A stretch of 64,000 nt of DNA from a virus (IMGVR_UViG_3300046786_000888:14106-78105); one strand, 5' to 3'. Shown: positions 36,524-46,496, counted from the first letter of the stretch. Program-made: numbers and translations. Notes: a model not told the origin generated them from the letters alone.

Positions 36524-37606
36524 ATGCAATCACAAACTCGTTATTATCACCTCTACAGTGACGTAATTCATCCGACAAAATCAACGGATGACGGAGTTCC
36601 GACTGTTTACGAACAAGCTGAAAACCTAGGAGGTAAATTTACCAGGATCGTAAAAGGGCTTCCAAAAGACCACGTCGCTAACTTCAGCCCCTCGATCGTC
36701 CGCTTCAACGGATCGCTTTACATCGCGTGGCGATCTCAGCCTGAGGCATTCGGCTTCCGATATGACAACAAGTACTTCTATCTGAACGGGCAACCTAATG
36801 AAATTTACTTTGGGATGCTCGGGTCAGATGATGCCTCGGTCATAGGTACTAAGAAACTTCGTCCCAAAAAACATCGTCTTAGTTACGAGGACCCGCGTCT
36901 TTTTATCGGACCTGACGACAATCTGTATGTACAGTTCGTAGCTTCGACTTACGCCAGTAAGTTCGATTCGAACCCAAATAAGTTGTTCTCGCAGCCTAAA
37001 GTCATCGTCTGCTGGATCAATGACAAATTCGACGCAGTCAGTGCAGCCATCCCTCCGATTGGAAAAAATCGAGTCGTGGGCGCACCTGAAAAAAACTGGG
37101 CGTTCTTTAGTGCGAACAACGAACTGAATTGCCTCTACTCAACACGACCTCTAGTTGTCGAGCGAGAATCGGGCACACCCATCGAACTCGACACAAAGGC
37201 TTTAGATAAAGCGGCACAAGGTTGCCCAACTTTTAATTCCACGGCGCCTATCGACCTCGGCTATTGCTACTTAGTGTTTTATCACTGGAAGCACATGACG
37301 TGCACTCCAGACGGTAAGCCCTATCTGATTTACCACGTCGGGGCTTATCTAGTAAACAAAGACTTCACTCAGCTGACCTACATGACCGAGGAGCCCTTGT
37401 TTACGGGTTCCTTGAACGACAGAGTCATCGAGTGGACAGACACTTTCGGCAATCCGGTGTCTAACCAGCCGGCGGTGATCTTGCCGTTCGGAGCCTTTAT
37501 GGAAGGCGACGAGCTTGTAATGTCTCTGGGAGTCAACGACGCCTTTATGGGAATCTTTAGGACCAAGTTAGAAAATATTATGCGCCGAATGAAGAAGGTC
37601 GATTAA
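36524..37606 (+). CDS. GH130-like five-bladed beta-propeller glycoside hydrolase/phosphorylase
   Basis: 'NFSPSI', 'YEDPRLF', 'EKNW.FF', 'VILPFG....DELVMSLGVND'. Confidence 0.7.
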   Translation: MQSQTRYYHLYSDVIHPTKSTDDGVPTVYEQAENLGGKFTRIVKGLPKDHVANFSPSIVRFNGSLYIAWRSQPEAFGFRYDNKYFYLNGQPNEIYFGMLGSDDASVIGTKKLRPKKHRLSYEDPRLFIGPDDNLYVQFVASTYASKFDSNPNKLFSQPKVIVCWINDKFDAVSAAIPPIGKNRVVGAPEKNWAFFSANNELNCLYSTRPLVVERESGTPIELDTKALDKAAQGCPTFNSTAPIDLGYCYLVFYHWKHMTCTPDGKPYLIYHVGAYLVNKDFTQLTYMTEEPLFTGSLNDRVIEWTDTFGNPVSNQPAVILPFGAFMEGDELVMSLGVNDAFMGIFRTKLENIMRRMKKVD

Positions 37607-38133
37607 GCTCGTTCTTCGTTTTCAATCGTAGTCCAAACTAAGACGGCAGCCTCATCAACTAATTGTTGAAGACCAGGCTGCCCGTCGAGGGTGTTGATCA
37701 ACTCACGAATTGTGCGATCGGCGCCGGCGAGGATAAGACCACGGCGATCTAAACCATCTGAAATAGCTCGTACAGCTTGAATATGGCTACGCAATTCTTT
37801 TTGAATAGCTGAGATCTTCGTCGCAGCGGATGCGGGGTCGAGCATTTGGTTGCTGACCATGTCCCGTACATTTCGGATGTCAATTTGTAAGTCATCAATT
37901 TCACGAAGTAATACTTTGCGAAGATCTTCTTTCGGAAACTTCTCCTGAATCCAAGCGGTTAAATCAGCGATGCTGCCTGTATAGCCAGGACGTAAGAACC
38001 TGGCATACAGATACGCCTCAATGTCGCTGGTGGTGTTCTTGGCGTAGTGGATAAATGCGCCTTTGTTTGATGCGTCAAGCGAAGCTAACCACGCGGCAAC
38101 CGTGGTCGAATCACCTATTGCGGATTTGATCAT
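37603..38133 (-). CDS. Helical hypothetical protein (candidate terminase small subunit)
   Basis: All-alpha 176 aa; nearest same-strand gene upstream of terL; assigned by position only. Confidence 0.35.
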   Translation of the reverse strand: MIKSAIGDSTTVAAWLASLDASNKGAFIHYAKNTTSDIEAYLYARFLRPGYTGSIADLTAWIQEKFPKEDLRKVLLREIDDLQIDIRNVRDMVSNQMLDPASAATKISAIQKELRSHIQAVRAISDGLDRRGLILAGADRTIRELINTLDGQPGLQQLVDEAAVLVWTTIENEERA

Positions 38134-38822
38134 GCGAAACCGCCGGCACCGAGAGCAGCACCGCGAGCTTCGCGACGCAATGCCAGCTCTTTTTCACCTT
38201 GGCCTTTGAGCAGTGCCAGGTTCTTACCAATATCTAGGTTGGCTTGTGTCTGAGCGAGAACCTGCGCGTTCCGAGTATTCGCAGCGTTGGTACCTACGTC
38301 AGTGATACCTTTAGCTAGGTTGGTGTACTGAAGACCTAGGACGTCAGCGCCTTTTTTGGCCAGATCAGCCTGAGTCTCACCGCCCAAAAGTTCCATAGCA
38401 GTGCGACCCTTAGCCGCCATTTCCTGCTGCCCGATTGCTGCCCCCGCTAACTGAGAAGCAATACCGGTCTGAAGCCCCGCCATCTGAGACTCTTTAGAAC
38501 GAGCCCCAGTAAACATGTCGTAAACAGACTGACCGATGAGATTAGTCTGTGCAGCTTCGGCTCCTAAATAAGGAGCCATGTTTGCCATAAGTTCTTGACC
38601 GGCATAGGTCAATCGAGTATTGATCGGAGCTAACTGGGCGTACAGGGCGCTGTAATCGGCAGGTTGAGAAGAGCCGCCACCGCCAAAAATACTGCCAAAT
38701 GCGGAACCAAGACCGCCGGCCAGCATTCCAATGCCGCCGAGAGTAGAACCTAAACCGCCAGCTGCGGCTCCGGTTCCAGCAGCTGCGTTGATTGCCCCGA
38801 GGGCCAAAGGTGCCATTGCCAT
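38130..38822 (-). CDS. Probable DNA-pilot/ejection protein
   Basis: Gly/Ala-rich N-terminus 'GAAAGGLGSTLGGIG..GGLGSAFG', A/Q-rich helices. Confidence 0.6.
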   Translation of the reverse strand: MAMAPLALGAINAAAGTGAAAGGLGSTLGGIGMLAGGLGSAFGSIFGGGGSSQPADYSALYAQLAPINTRLTYAGQELMANMAPYLGAEAAQTNLIGQSVYDMFTGARSKESQMAGLQTGIASQLAGAAIGQQEMAAKGRTAMELLGGETQADLAKKGADVLGLQYTNLAKGITDVGTNAANTRNAQVLAQTQANLDIGKNLALLKGQGEKELALRREARGAALGAGGFA

Positions 38823-38826
38823 TGGA

Positions 38827-39612
38827 TTAGCCCTTCCTTACACCGATGTTACTGAAAGGCTGCATAGCAGCCGAAAGCGTGGAACTTAACGCAGAAGCAT
38901 TAGGCGGTGCGAACGCTGCAACAGTAGCTGCACCGAGACCGGCGGCCATAGCAGCATTGGCGTTATACATCGCAATCTGCCGCTCTTTCCACGCGTCGAT
39001 GTTGGCCTTTTCGATGTCGCGTGCATACCGAGCCCGCTCACCTTGGCGAGTCAGCTCGGAAGTCAAAAGTTGAGACTTCAGAAGATTCTGAAGCCGCATC
39101 TCTTCAACTTGACGAAGTCGCTCGGGATCACCAAGCTCCTTCAAATAAGTAACAAGATCTTCGACAGTTTTATCTTGCTGTTGAGGAATCGTAGTTCCTG
39201 AATACGGAGCCGTGGTAGGAGGCAACGTAGTAGAAGGAGGAGGCGGAAGAGTAGGTGCCGGAGGTGCAGTTCCGGGAGTTACAGTTCCAGCATCCGCCGC
39301 GGCTGTTTCAAAAGGGCGCTGTTTAGGAGGCTTAGCCGCAGGGCGTCCTTTATCAGGATCAAAGCCCTCCATGTAGGAAGCTTTGGCGTAGATATCTGCC
39401 GGTGTCTGTGAGCCGGTCATCCGCTCAAAAGCCTGCGGATCCTGAACCATACGACCAAAACTTTCGGGGCTCTGCCAACCCATCGCAGGGCCAGCCCAAA
39501 GAACGGGCCTGCCGTCAAGAATTGCTAGTTCGCCGCCGCCGCGCATCCAACCTGCGGGATCGAGCAGAGCTGCAGCGTATTCAAAAGGGCCGCGAGCGTT
39601 GATGTTTGTCAT
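38827..39612 (-). CDS. Probable internal virion protein
   Basis: Pro-rich linker and A-rich C-terminus; start at MTNIN. Confidence 0.55.
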   Translation of the reverse strand: MTNINARGPFEYAAALLDPAGWMRGGGELAILDGRPVLWAGPAMGWQSPESFGRMVQDPQAFERMTGSQTPADIYAKASYMEGFDPDKGRPAAKPPKQRPFETAAADAGTVTPGTAPPAPTLPPPPSTTLPPTTAPYSGTTIPQQQDKTVEDLVTYLKELGDPERLRQVEEMRLQNLLKSQLLTSELTRQGERARYARDIEKANIDAWKERQIAMYNANAAMAAGLGAATVAAFAPPNASALSSTLSAAMQPFSNIGVRKG

Positions 39613-39613
39613 G

Positions 39614-40315
39614 TCAGGGCACCTGGGTGGCGAGTTGCTGCAGCACAGAACTCTGAGCAAGGTTCTGCGGAGCAGTCAGATTTTGAATAGCTGTATTTAG
39701 AAGCCCTTGCGCTGTCGAATAGCCGGACTGAACTCGTTGCCGCTGGATATCACCAAGCGTAGAAAGTTCTTGTCGCTTAATGCCGCCACCGACTTCTAAC
39801 TCAGCCCGCTTCAGGTCGGCGCCCAGTTCCATCTGCCGGATAGCAGCGCTGATCTGCCCCTCCAGAGCTTTTAAAGCACGTTCACGAGCACCGAGCTCCT
39901 CAAGTTCAGCGCTGCGTCCGGCCCGAATTTGACCGTAAACATCCTCGGCCGACGGACCAGCGTCAAGGCCAAAGAACCGACCAAAACGTTGACGGGCTCG
40001 TTCCTGTTCGATCAGCCGAGGAATCAGGTCCTCGCTAAGAATGGCCTTAGAGCCGGGGGCGTCAGAAGTCTCAGGAAGCTTGCCGCGAAACGCAGCAACG
40101 AGATCCGGAAGTGACGCACCTACCGCCGAACTTAACAAAGGTGCGATGATATTCTGCCGGTTAAATCCAGGAGGAGTAGCACTAGCAGATAAGTCTGGTC
40201 CTGCAGTTTGAGATTGTAAAACACTCTGAATAACAGCAGGAGCCACGCCGGCAGCGGTCAGCTGCGTGACTAACTGAACTAACCCACCTGCGGCGGGTGC
40301 GGCTGCAGCGACCAT
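39614..40315 (-). CDS. Probable internal virion protein
   Basis: A/Q/G-rich helical ORF in operon. Confidence 0.55.
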   Translation of the reverse strand: MVAAAAPAAGGLVQLVTQLTAAGVAPAVIQSVLQSQTAGPDLSASATPPGFNRQNIIAPLLSSAVGASLPDLVAAFRGKLPETSDAPGSKAILSEDLIPRLIEQERARQRFGRFFGLDAGPSAEDVYGQIRAGRSAELEELGARERALKALEGQISAAIRQMELGADLKRAELEVGGGIKRQELSTLGDIQRQRVQSGYSTAQGLLNTAIQNLTAPQNLAQSSVLQQLATQVP

Positions 40316-40318
40316 TAG

Positions 40319-40555
40319 TTACTGACCTCCCGGATTGTCATATTGAGTGCCCGAAAGAGCCATTTTCTTATTTGATTTTACTTGATCTTCTGGGTTATTA
40401 GTAGCAACCAAATTCTGCTTTTGTTCCGGCGAAGGTAGCGCAGCTGTTTGGGGGAATGTAGAAGCCATATACATTTTTAAAAACGCACCGGGATCTAATG
40501 CCGGTGCGTCGCGGCGAACATCCCGTTCCCTAAGTTGTTGTTCGCGTAAGTTCAT
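40319..40555 (-). CDS. Hypothetical protein
   Basis: ORF in operon. Confidence 0.5.
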   Translation of the reverse strand: MNLREQQLRERDVRRDAPALDPGAFLKMYMASTFPQTAALPSPEQKQNLVATNNPEDQVKSNKKMALSGTQYDNPGGQ

Positions 40556-41058
40556 CAGCCGAGGTTCTGGAATGCCACGCTGGGCGGAATATTGTTCGAA
40601 GCAGGTGCGTTCAGCATCGAATACTGCCCGCCGTAATTAGGCAGATCAAATTCGGCAGGACGCTGACGACTTAGATACTCGGCACCCTCGTCGCCCTGTT
40701 GGGTCAGATTTTGGATGTACGAGAGGAACACGTCGATCAACGACGGATCTTGCAGAATCGCCGAAACGAGTTCCTCGATTTCTTCTGCGGCGGCTTCATC
40801 GTTGACGCCAGCCTGGAGACGTCGCTCCAGTTGCACTTTCATCTCAGGCTGAGACGTGTCTGGATACGCATTCAGCGACCGAGTCGGCTGCGTCATCATG
40901 CCGTTGCCTTCCATGCCGGGCATCGGAGGCGCAGCACGGTAGTAGTTCTTGAGCACCGTAGCGACCATAGGAGTCGCAGCAGCACGTTCAGCCGGGGTCC
41001 GAGGGACAGGTAAACCCAGGACGCGAGCCGCTAATTCGTAATCGGAGTCAGAGAACAT
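40555..41058 (-). CDS. Hypothetical protein
   Basis: ORF in operon. Confidence 0.55.
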   Translation of the reverse strand: MFSDSDYELAARVLGLPVPRTPAERAAATPMVATVLKNYYRAAPPMPGMEGNGMMTQPTRSLNAYPDTSQPEMKVQLERRLQAGVNDEAAAEEIEELVSAILQDPSLIDVFLSYIQNLTQQGDEGAEYLSRQRPAEFDLPNYGGQYSMLNAPASNNIPPSVAFQNLG

Positions 41059-41321
41059 GAACTAACGGCTACGTCTTCTAGTTCCATTTTAGTACGAAGC
41101 TTCAAGATTTCGCCGGGTTGCACCTCCAGTACGATGCAGATTTTCTCCAGCACTTCTGGACTCGGAATGTAAAACTCGTCCGAACAGATGTTGCGCGTCG
41201 TTGTCGGCGATAGGTCAGCTAACTTGCTGAGCCGGAAAGACGAAATCCCACGCTCAATCAGGATTTCGTCTAATCGGTTAATTAAGCGTCGTTCTGACGG
41301 ACGAGAACTGTAGAAGGGCAC
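41031..41321 (-). CDS. Xre/Cro-C1 (HTH_26-like) transcriptional regulator
   Basis: 'RLDEILIERGISSFRLSKLADLS.TT..NI........LEKICIVLEVQPGEIL'. Confidence 0.85.
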   Translation of the reverse strand: MPFYSSRPSERRLINRLDEILIERGISSFRLSKLADLSPTTTRNICSDEFYIPSPEVLEKICIVLEVQPGEILKLRTKMELEDVAVSSCSLTPITN

Positions 41322-41356
41322 AGCCGTTATTTAATTAATAGCTGTATCCTATCAAG

Positions 41357-42124
41357 CTAGAAACCTAAATTTTTAGCTCGCACGAATTCCAGGTTGTACG
41401 TGGTTAGACAGGGCGGGAACGCCGGGTTGTTAAACGGGTTTTTATAAGGTTTGCCTTCAACGTGCCCTTGCCACGCCTCAGACCATTTGGCGTGCATGTA
41501 CGTCTTATTGAGCTCGTGCGCCATGTGGATCTTGTTGGCTAGCTCAGGTTCGGAGCGCCAGGTTTGGGACCCGTCGGCGTAAGACCCAGTCAATTCCCCG
41601 TGGTAATACGGTACGCCGACCGACATCACACGTTTAAAGTCTTCGTCGTGTTGAAACCGCATACCCCAATCAAGGTCTTCGCAGTAAGCGGGGTAGAGAT
41701 TTTCATCAAACAACCCATAGCGCTGCACCGCCCAATCTTTTAAAAGAAACACATCCCAGGCCCCGTTGTCCCCGTGCACCACGCCGATCTCTGGATCCTG
41801 AGCTTTCTCATACATTGCTTTTAAAAAGCCTGGCGTAAACATAACGTCATGATTTACAATAAGCCAATACGGTGCGTTCATAAAACATTTAATCGTCATA
41901 TTCCAATACCCAGAACAACCTATATTTGCAGGTAAATGACAGACCTTTACTTTGTGCACATACTTATGAGGAATTGTCTTCAACGCATCTAGCTCCTCAG
42001 TTATTTCGTCTCTACCGTTGTTATTAAAGACGACAAAAGTATCAACAGGAAAATCAATGCTGTAAAAAAGCCTGTAAACCCAGTGGGGTGCGTTAACGAC
42101 TCCAGTGCTCACTACAGGAATCAT
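41357..42124 (-). CDS. GT2-like glycosyltransferase
   Basis: 'NIGCSG.WN', 'LIVNHDV.F', 'GLFDENLYPAYCED.D'. Confidence 0.85.
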   Translation of the reverse strand: MIPVVSTGVVNAPHWVYRLFYSIDFPVDTFVVFNNNGRDEITEELDALKTIPHKYVHKVKVCHLPANIGCSGYWNMTIKCFMNAPYWLIVNHDVMFTPGFLKAMYEKAQDPEIGVVHGDNGAWDVFLLKDWAVQRYGLFDENLYPAYCEDLDWGMRFQHDEDFKRVMSVGVPYYHGELTGSYADGSQTWRSEPELANKIHMAHELNKTYMHAKWSEAWQGHVEGKPYKNPFNNPAFPPCLTTYNLEFVRAKNLGF

Positions 42125-42192
42125 GTGACTTTTGTAAATAATCAATATACTAACTCAAAATCTGCTATCTTACTGGCACCTAATAAAATGAA

Positions 42193-42909
42193 ATGACCAA
42201 ATATCTCTGGAGTCCGGAACAGAAAGCCATTATTCCTGTGACACAGCCTGCGTTCCTGATGAACGAGGATGATTCTGGGCTGTGCCAGATGTTCCGCGTG
42301 GGGATCCCGGAACGTGAGCTCATCGAATTCTGCAAGCAGTTCGCGGACCCTGCCAAACGTTTTATCGACGGAGGTGCGCACATGGGAGCTTATAGCATAT
42401 TGCTGTCCGACCTATTCAAAAACGTCGATTCATTCGAAGCGCAACGCCGTACTTATTTCCAGCTCTGCGGCAACATTTATATCAATGAAAAAACCAACAT
42501 CATTCCGCACAACTTTGCCCTGACCAACCACTCAAACACATACGGTCAGACAACACTGTACGTAGTCAGCGACGACGGCGGCGGATCTTCGGTCATCAAA
42601 CCTGATGAAGCTCAGATTAAATCCAAAGAAAGCGTCGAAACCCTTCATATCGACAACTTTGAGTGGTCCGACGTTGGTCTGATCAAATTGGACGTTGAAG
42701 GGGCTGAACTCGAAGCGATTCAAGGTGCAAGCGAAACTTTGAAACGCTGTAAATTCCCGCCAATCTTATTTGAGTCCAACGGACCCGGCGCCCACAACCA
42801 AAAACGCTTTGAGCTTTTTAAATATCTAATGAACGAACTTCCTTACCAAGTCGGACACATTAAAGGTTTCGACAACATGTTTATTGCTCTTCGACAAGAA
42901 TCTGCATAA
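42193..42909 (+). CDS. FkbM-family SAM methyltransferase
   Basis: 'FIDGGAHMG.YS', 'FEAQ', 'LIKLDVEGAELEAIQGA'. Confidence 0.9.
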   Translation: MTKYLWSPEQKAIIPVTQPAFLMNEDDSGLCQMFRVGIPERELIEFCKQFADPAKRFIDGGAHMGAYSILLSDLFKNVDSFEAQRRTYFQLCGNIYINEKTNIIPHNFALTNHSNTYGQTTLYVVSDDGGGSSVIKPDEAQIKSKESVETLHIDNFEWSDVGLIKLDVEGAELEAIQGASETLKRCKFPPILFESNGPGAHNQKRFELFKYLMNELPYQVGHIKGFDNMFIALRQESA

Positions 42910-43330
42910 GATCCACACCAGATTCGCGCAGCATGTCGACCGACAGATTGAAGTTGGCTTGCCAACGGTCGGGGATAGGCAATTCAGGCACAACGATCCG
43001 GCGAACACCAGCCTGAATCATCAGTGTCGTGCAGTTACAGCACGGCAGAAACGGCCAAACATAGACTGTCGACCCGGACATATCGATACCAAACCGAGCA
43101 GCCTGCGCAACAATATTCGCTTCGGCGTGCACTGTGCGCAGGTATTTCTCGTCTCGGTTATTGAGCCGCCCAGGCAAATCGGCAATACCCCGAGGCAGTC
43201 CGTTGTACCCTGTCGCTAAAACACGCCGGTCTTTAACCGCGACTGCGCCAACCTTCGTAGAGGGATCGAGGCTCCAATCACTGATGTGTTTTGCCAGGTC
43301 AAGGAACCTGCGATTCCACTTTTCCGTCAT
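42881..43330 (-). CDS. dCMP deaminase
   Basis: 'S.DPSTKVGAV....TGYNG', 'HAEAN', 'PCCNC'. Confidence 0.92.
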   Translation of the reverse strand: MTEKWNRRFLDLAKHISDWSLDPSTKVGAVAVKDRRVLATGYNGLPRGIADLPGRLNNRDEKYLRTVHAEANIVAQAARFGIDMSGSTVYVWPFLPCCNCTTLMIQAGVRRIVVPELPIPDRWQANFNLSVDMLRESGVDLMQILVEEQ

Positions 43331-43713
43331 GTAAAAGCAACACGATCTGCTTTAGGGTCCTCACAGGAGTAGACCATTCCTGGGACCCACTCTTCCATTT
43401 TACCATTATCCAGTTTGACGACGTAACGCCATTGGGGTTTTCCGTCCCTTCTTAACGTCTTCTTATACCCCACGACTTCGCCTTTCTTGTTTGGCAGAGA
43501 CATCCCAGCCGAACAAGTACGTTTAGCGATCCGATCTCCCACGGCGAACCTCATGTTCGGCTGTTCAGTTGCAGTCATACAGACTCCGTTATCTCTCAAC
43601 ATGTTTAACACGGCCGCCATGCGAGCGGGAGAATCCAAAATTTCATCTTTAAAATCTTCATGCCAAAAAGCATAAAGTCCGAGCTCAAGCAGATTTGGAT
43701 TGTGCTCGGGCAT
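43327..43713 (-). CDS. Hypothetical protein with C-terminal SH3-like beta-barrel
   Basis: 'FAVGDRIAKR....KKGEVVG....YVVKLD'. Confidence 0.5.
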   Translation of the reverse strand: MPEHNPNLLELGLYAFWHEDFKDEILDSPARMAAVLNMLRDNGVCMTATEQPNMRFAVGDRIAKRTCSAGMSLPNKKGEVVGYKKTLRRDGKPQWRYVVKLDNGKMEEWVPGMVYSCEDPKADRVAFT

Positions 43714-43936
43714 TGCGCTCCAGACGAGCCTTGTGGATCCGAAGCTTACACAAGCCCCGGTAGAAAAAACCAAAATGTTCAGCGCTCGTCACTCTTGTGC
43801 GCTTTCCGCAGAGCGGGCACTCGGCAACAAAAAACTGCGGGTTACGGGCCGAGTAGTCCCCATGGCGCTTACCGCAGTCCAGACATGCCTGCTTGGCCGT
43901 CTTGAGTTTATCCAGCTGTTCCTGGATAGCTTCCAT
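43685..43936 (-). CDS. Small Zn-ribbon protein
   Basis: CLDCG...CPLCG; similar to 45989..46216. Confidence 0.55.
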   Translation of the reverse strand: MEAIQEQLDKLKTAKQACLDCGKRHGDYSARNPQFFVAECPLCGKRTRVTSAEHFGFFYRGLCKLRIHKARLERNARAQSKSA

Positions 43937-44141
43937 CGAGGATGCCGCGCAAGTAATGAGCGGTAATATAGCAGTCTTCACTCAGCGCATCGGCTTGCGC
44001 GTCGCGATACAGCGCCTCAATCCACTCGGCTGTAGCCTCCATCACCACGCGGGCTTCCGACAAATATGCGTACCAATCATGCGACTCATGAGACTCAGCC
44101 AGTTGCATGGCCACGTATTTAAGCAAAGGATGCGTTTCCAT
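43908..44141 (-). CDS. Hypothetical protein
   Basis: ORF immediately downstream of the tRNA. Confidence 0.5.
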   Translation of the reverse strand: METHPLLKYVAMQLAESHESHDWYAYLSEARVVMEATAEWIEALYRDAQADALSEDCYITAHYLRGILDGSYPGTAG

Positions 44142-44159
44142 GTGATTTAGTTAATTAAA

Positions 44160-44241
44160 TACCCAGGACGAGACTCGAACTCGTACGGCATAACGCCTCA
44201 GCATTTTAAGTGCTGTGTGTCTACCATTCCACCACCTGGGC
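44160..44241 (-). tRNA. trnL: tRNA-Leu (anticodon UAA), no encoded CCA
   Basis: GCCCAGG/CCTGGGT acceptor, D-loop GGAATGGTAGAC, CAGCA-CTTAAAA-TGCTG anticodon arm, long variable arm, ACGAG-TTCGAGT-CTCGT T-arm. Confidence 0.96.
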
Positions 44242-44291
44242 GCTTTGCCAGATTAGCCCGAAATTTTCGGCCCGCAACAAACTTGTAACAA

Positions 44292-44507
44292 TCAACCGAC
44301 TGTCAGTTTCCCTTCCCTAATCGCCTTCTTTACAAAATACAACTCTTTCTCCCGCACCAAATGCCAAGAACTTACATAGCATTTGTCGCCCCACACCGAC
44401 TCGATTACGACTGAGTCTCCGTCGTTGTGTGGACTAGAACGTACGTTCTCCGCTATTGCCACGTCAAAATCAAATTCACAGTTGTCTGCGTTTGTTTGTT
44501 CTGTCAT
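44292..44507 (-). CDS. Hypothetical protein
   Basis: ORF; start MTEQ. Confidence 0.45.
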   Translation of the reverse strand: MTEQTNADNCEFDFDVAIAENVRSSPHNDGDSVVIESVWGDKCYVSSWHLVREKELYFVKKAIREGKLTVG

Positions 44508-44533
44508 ACTGCTACTACCCAAGTTCTACCCCC

Positions 44534-45151
44534 GTGCCGCACAGTCTAGACCCAAAGTACAACATTCACAATGACTGGGTGCGCAATCTGGTCTCCGCGT
44601 GGGAACTCGCTAGCTCGGAGCCTAAAGCACCAGAACTTCACTTTAATCCACTCGACCAACGAATTATCGTCGAAATTGGAATTTATGAGGGAGCCTCAAC
44701 AGTTTGGTTCTCCGACAACCTGCTTGAGCACCCCGACAGCAGACTGATCAGTATCGACCCGTTCACCGGCTCTGAGGAGATGATCCGGGATCCCCAGCAG
44801 CATCCCACGCTGTCCCAGATCGAATTCACAGCCCGATCCAACGTCGCCAAGTCCAAGCACCCCGGCAAGGTCCGCATTGAAAAGGGCTGCTCGTGGGACC
44901 TCTACCCGAACCTCAAGGCCGAGTTCACACAAGGCATCGACATCCTGTACATCGACGGTGCGCACGATAGCACCTCCGTCATGCGCGACATCGCCCTGTA
45001 TGCGCCCCATGTCAAATCAGGCGGTGCCATCCTATTCGACGACTACGGCGCTGAGTCTGTGCGCGTTTCCGTAGATGCCGCCGTCAACTCCTTCCTCTCC
45101 CTTGAAAAGGGTGTACTGTGTCCGTGGCAGCTCTGGACCGTCAAAAAGTGA
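44534..45151 (+). CDS. Class I SAM methyltransferase (Methyltransf_24-like)
   Basis: 'IVEIGIYEGAST', 'DILYIDGAHD', 'GGAILFDDY'; GTG start inferred. Confidence 0.88.
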   Translation: MPHSLDPKYNIHNDWVRNLVSAWELASSEPKAPELHFNPLDQRIIVEIGIYEGASTVWFSDNLLEHPDSRLISIDPFTGSEEMIRDPQQHPTLSQIEFTARSNVAKSKHPGKVRIEKGCSWDLYPNLKAEFTQGIDILYIDGAHDSTSVMRDIALYAPHVKSGGAILFDDYGAESVRVSVDAAVNSFLSLEKGVLCPWQLWTVKK

Positions 45152-45190
45152 CCGCCCAGACACTGCTTATCACATTCGCCATCTACACCC

Positions 45191-45454
45191 TTGCAGTCGT
45201 CCTATTCTTCTGGATTGCCTCAAGAATCGTACCCTGATCAACCCAACGTGCTTAAATTCGACACCAATTCTTACCTAGAAAAACGCGAAAACCGCCTACA
45301 TGACATCATGAACGAATACCTAGACGACGAGGAGTTTGAAGCGCTCGCAGTCGCAATCCTCAGCCATCTCCAAGACGAATACAGACATCACTCCGAAAGA
45401 TGCGGCAAACTCAAGCGCGTCTTTGAACTTCTTCAAACCGGAAACATCCAATGA
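45191..45454 (+). CDS. Hypothetical protein
   Basis: ORF in plus-strand accessory operon. Confidence 0.55.
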   Translation: MQSSYSSGLPQESYPDQPNVLKFDTNSYLEKRENRLHDIMNEYLDDEEFEALAVAILSHLQDEYRHHSERCGKLKRVFELLQTGNIQ

Positions 45455-46011
45455 CCACGCCAACCACAGCGGTTGAAATCAAGATCAACTACAGCGGCAG
45501 CGGTCGGTACGACGGACTCCCTGAGCACACATTCACCATGCTCATGGAAGACGCTACGGAGATCTCATCTGACTCGTGGTTTCTCCTGTTCGAGCGTGTT
45601 TTAGGTGCCCTGGGTTATTGCGAAACCGCCATCATGTCGGGCGCCTGCAGTCTCGCCTTCAACGACCTGCGGGACCCTGAGGAAATGAAAAAGGTCGCCA
45701 CCGAACACGACCTACGACTCGTCGAAGACCCGGACCCAACCCCAAACATCAAACTCGAACCGACCAAAAACCCAGAGAAAAAACCCCTGTACGAAATCGT
45801 TAGGGATGATTCAGATCTTTACGGATCTGTATGGACTCAAAAGCTAGCTAAGATGTTTAGGGTCATCGCCGACCAGATCCAAATTAGCGGTGAGGACCAG
45901 TTCGGCGTTTACCAAACCACGGGGGAAGACATCCGCGAATGGTTGTACTGCGAAGCTCAAAAAGCAGAAAACTTCTGGGGCTCCGACCATGAATCCGAAC
46001 ATCAACCATAG
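45451..46011 (+). CDS. Hypothetical acidic protein
   Basis: ATGA-coupled ORF. Confidence 0.6.
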   Translation: MTTPTTAVEIKINYSGSGRYDGLPEHTFTMLMEDATEISSDSWFLLFERVLGALGYCETAIMSGACSLAFNDLRDPEEMKKVATEHDLRLVEDPDPTPNIKLEPTKNPEKKPLYEIVRDDSDLYGSVWTQKLAKMFRVIADQIQISGEDQFGVYQTTGEDIREWLYCEAQKAENFWGSDHESEHQP

Positions 46012-46216
46012 AGCGTTTATCAAAAAGCTCGAACAAGCGTATCAATGCTGCCATTTCTGCGGCACGCTATACGGCAAACCTCGCGAAGGAGCTAGTACGA
46101 TGTGGCATGGGACGTGTGATGTGTGCGGTGAATCCGCCACGGTCACCGAAACCCGCGACTACGGATACTTAGATAAAGGTATTCAAAGTATTAAAACCAA
46201 ACACAAACTCAAATGA
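45989..46216 (+). CDS. Small Zn-ribbon protein
   Basis: CHFCG...CDVCG. Confidence 0.6.
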   Translation: MNPNINHRAFIKKLEQAYQCCHFCGTLYGKPREGASTMWHGTCDVCGESATVTETRDYGYLDKGIQSIKTKHKLK

Positions 46217-46467
46217 CAGTCTGGAACTCAGTTGTTCCTTCGTTACGAACAAACCAGCGAAACATTCTGCGTTTAGTTGCACAGCACGAACAACGCAACC
46301 CTCACGAACCCTGTTACCTAGGAAAAGTTACAGCTTCCCGCAGAAACGTTTTCCTAAAAGCTGTTGCTTCTTTAGAAGATAAACAACTGATCGATATAGA
46401 GCGAACAGGTTCAAACTTTCAAGCGTGGAAAGTCAAATTGCTTATACCCATAGATACAGTTATTTAA
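46213..46467 (+). CDS. Hypothetical protein, winged-helix-like
   Basis: 'LRTNQRNILRLV...LEDKQLIDI'. Confidence 0.5.
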   Translation: MTVWNSVVPSLRTNQRNILRLVAQHEQRNPHEPCYLGKVTASRRNVFLKAVASLEDKQLIDIERTGSNFQAWKVKLLIPIDTVI

Positions 46468-46496
46468 ACGTCAGTAGTCATTACCACTAATCACCC

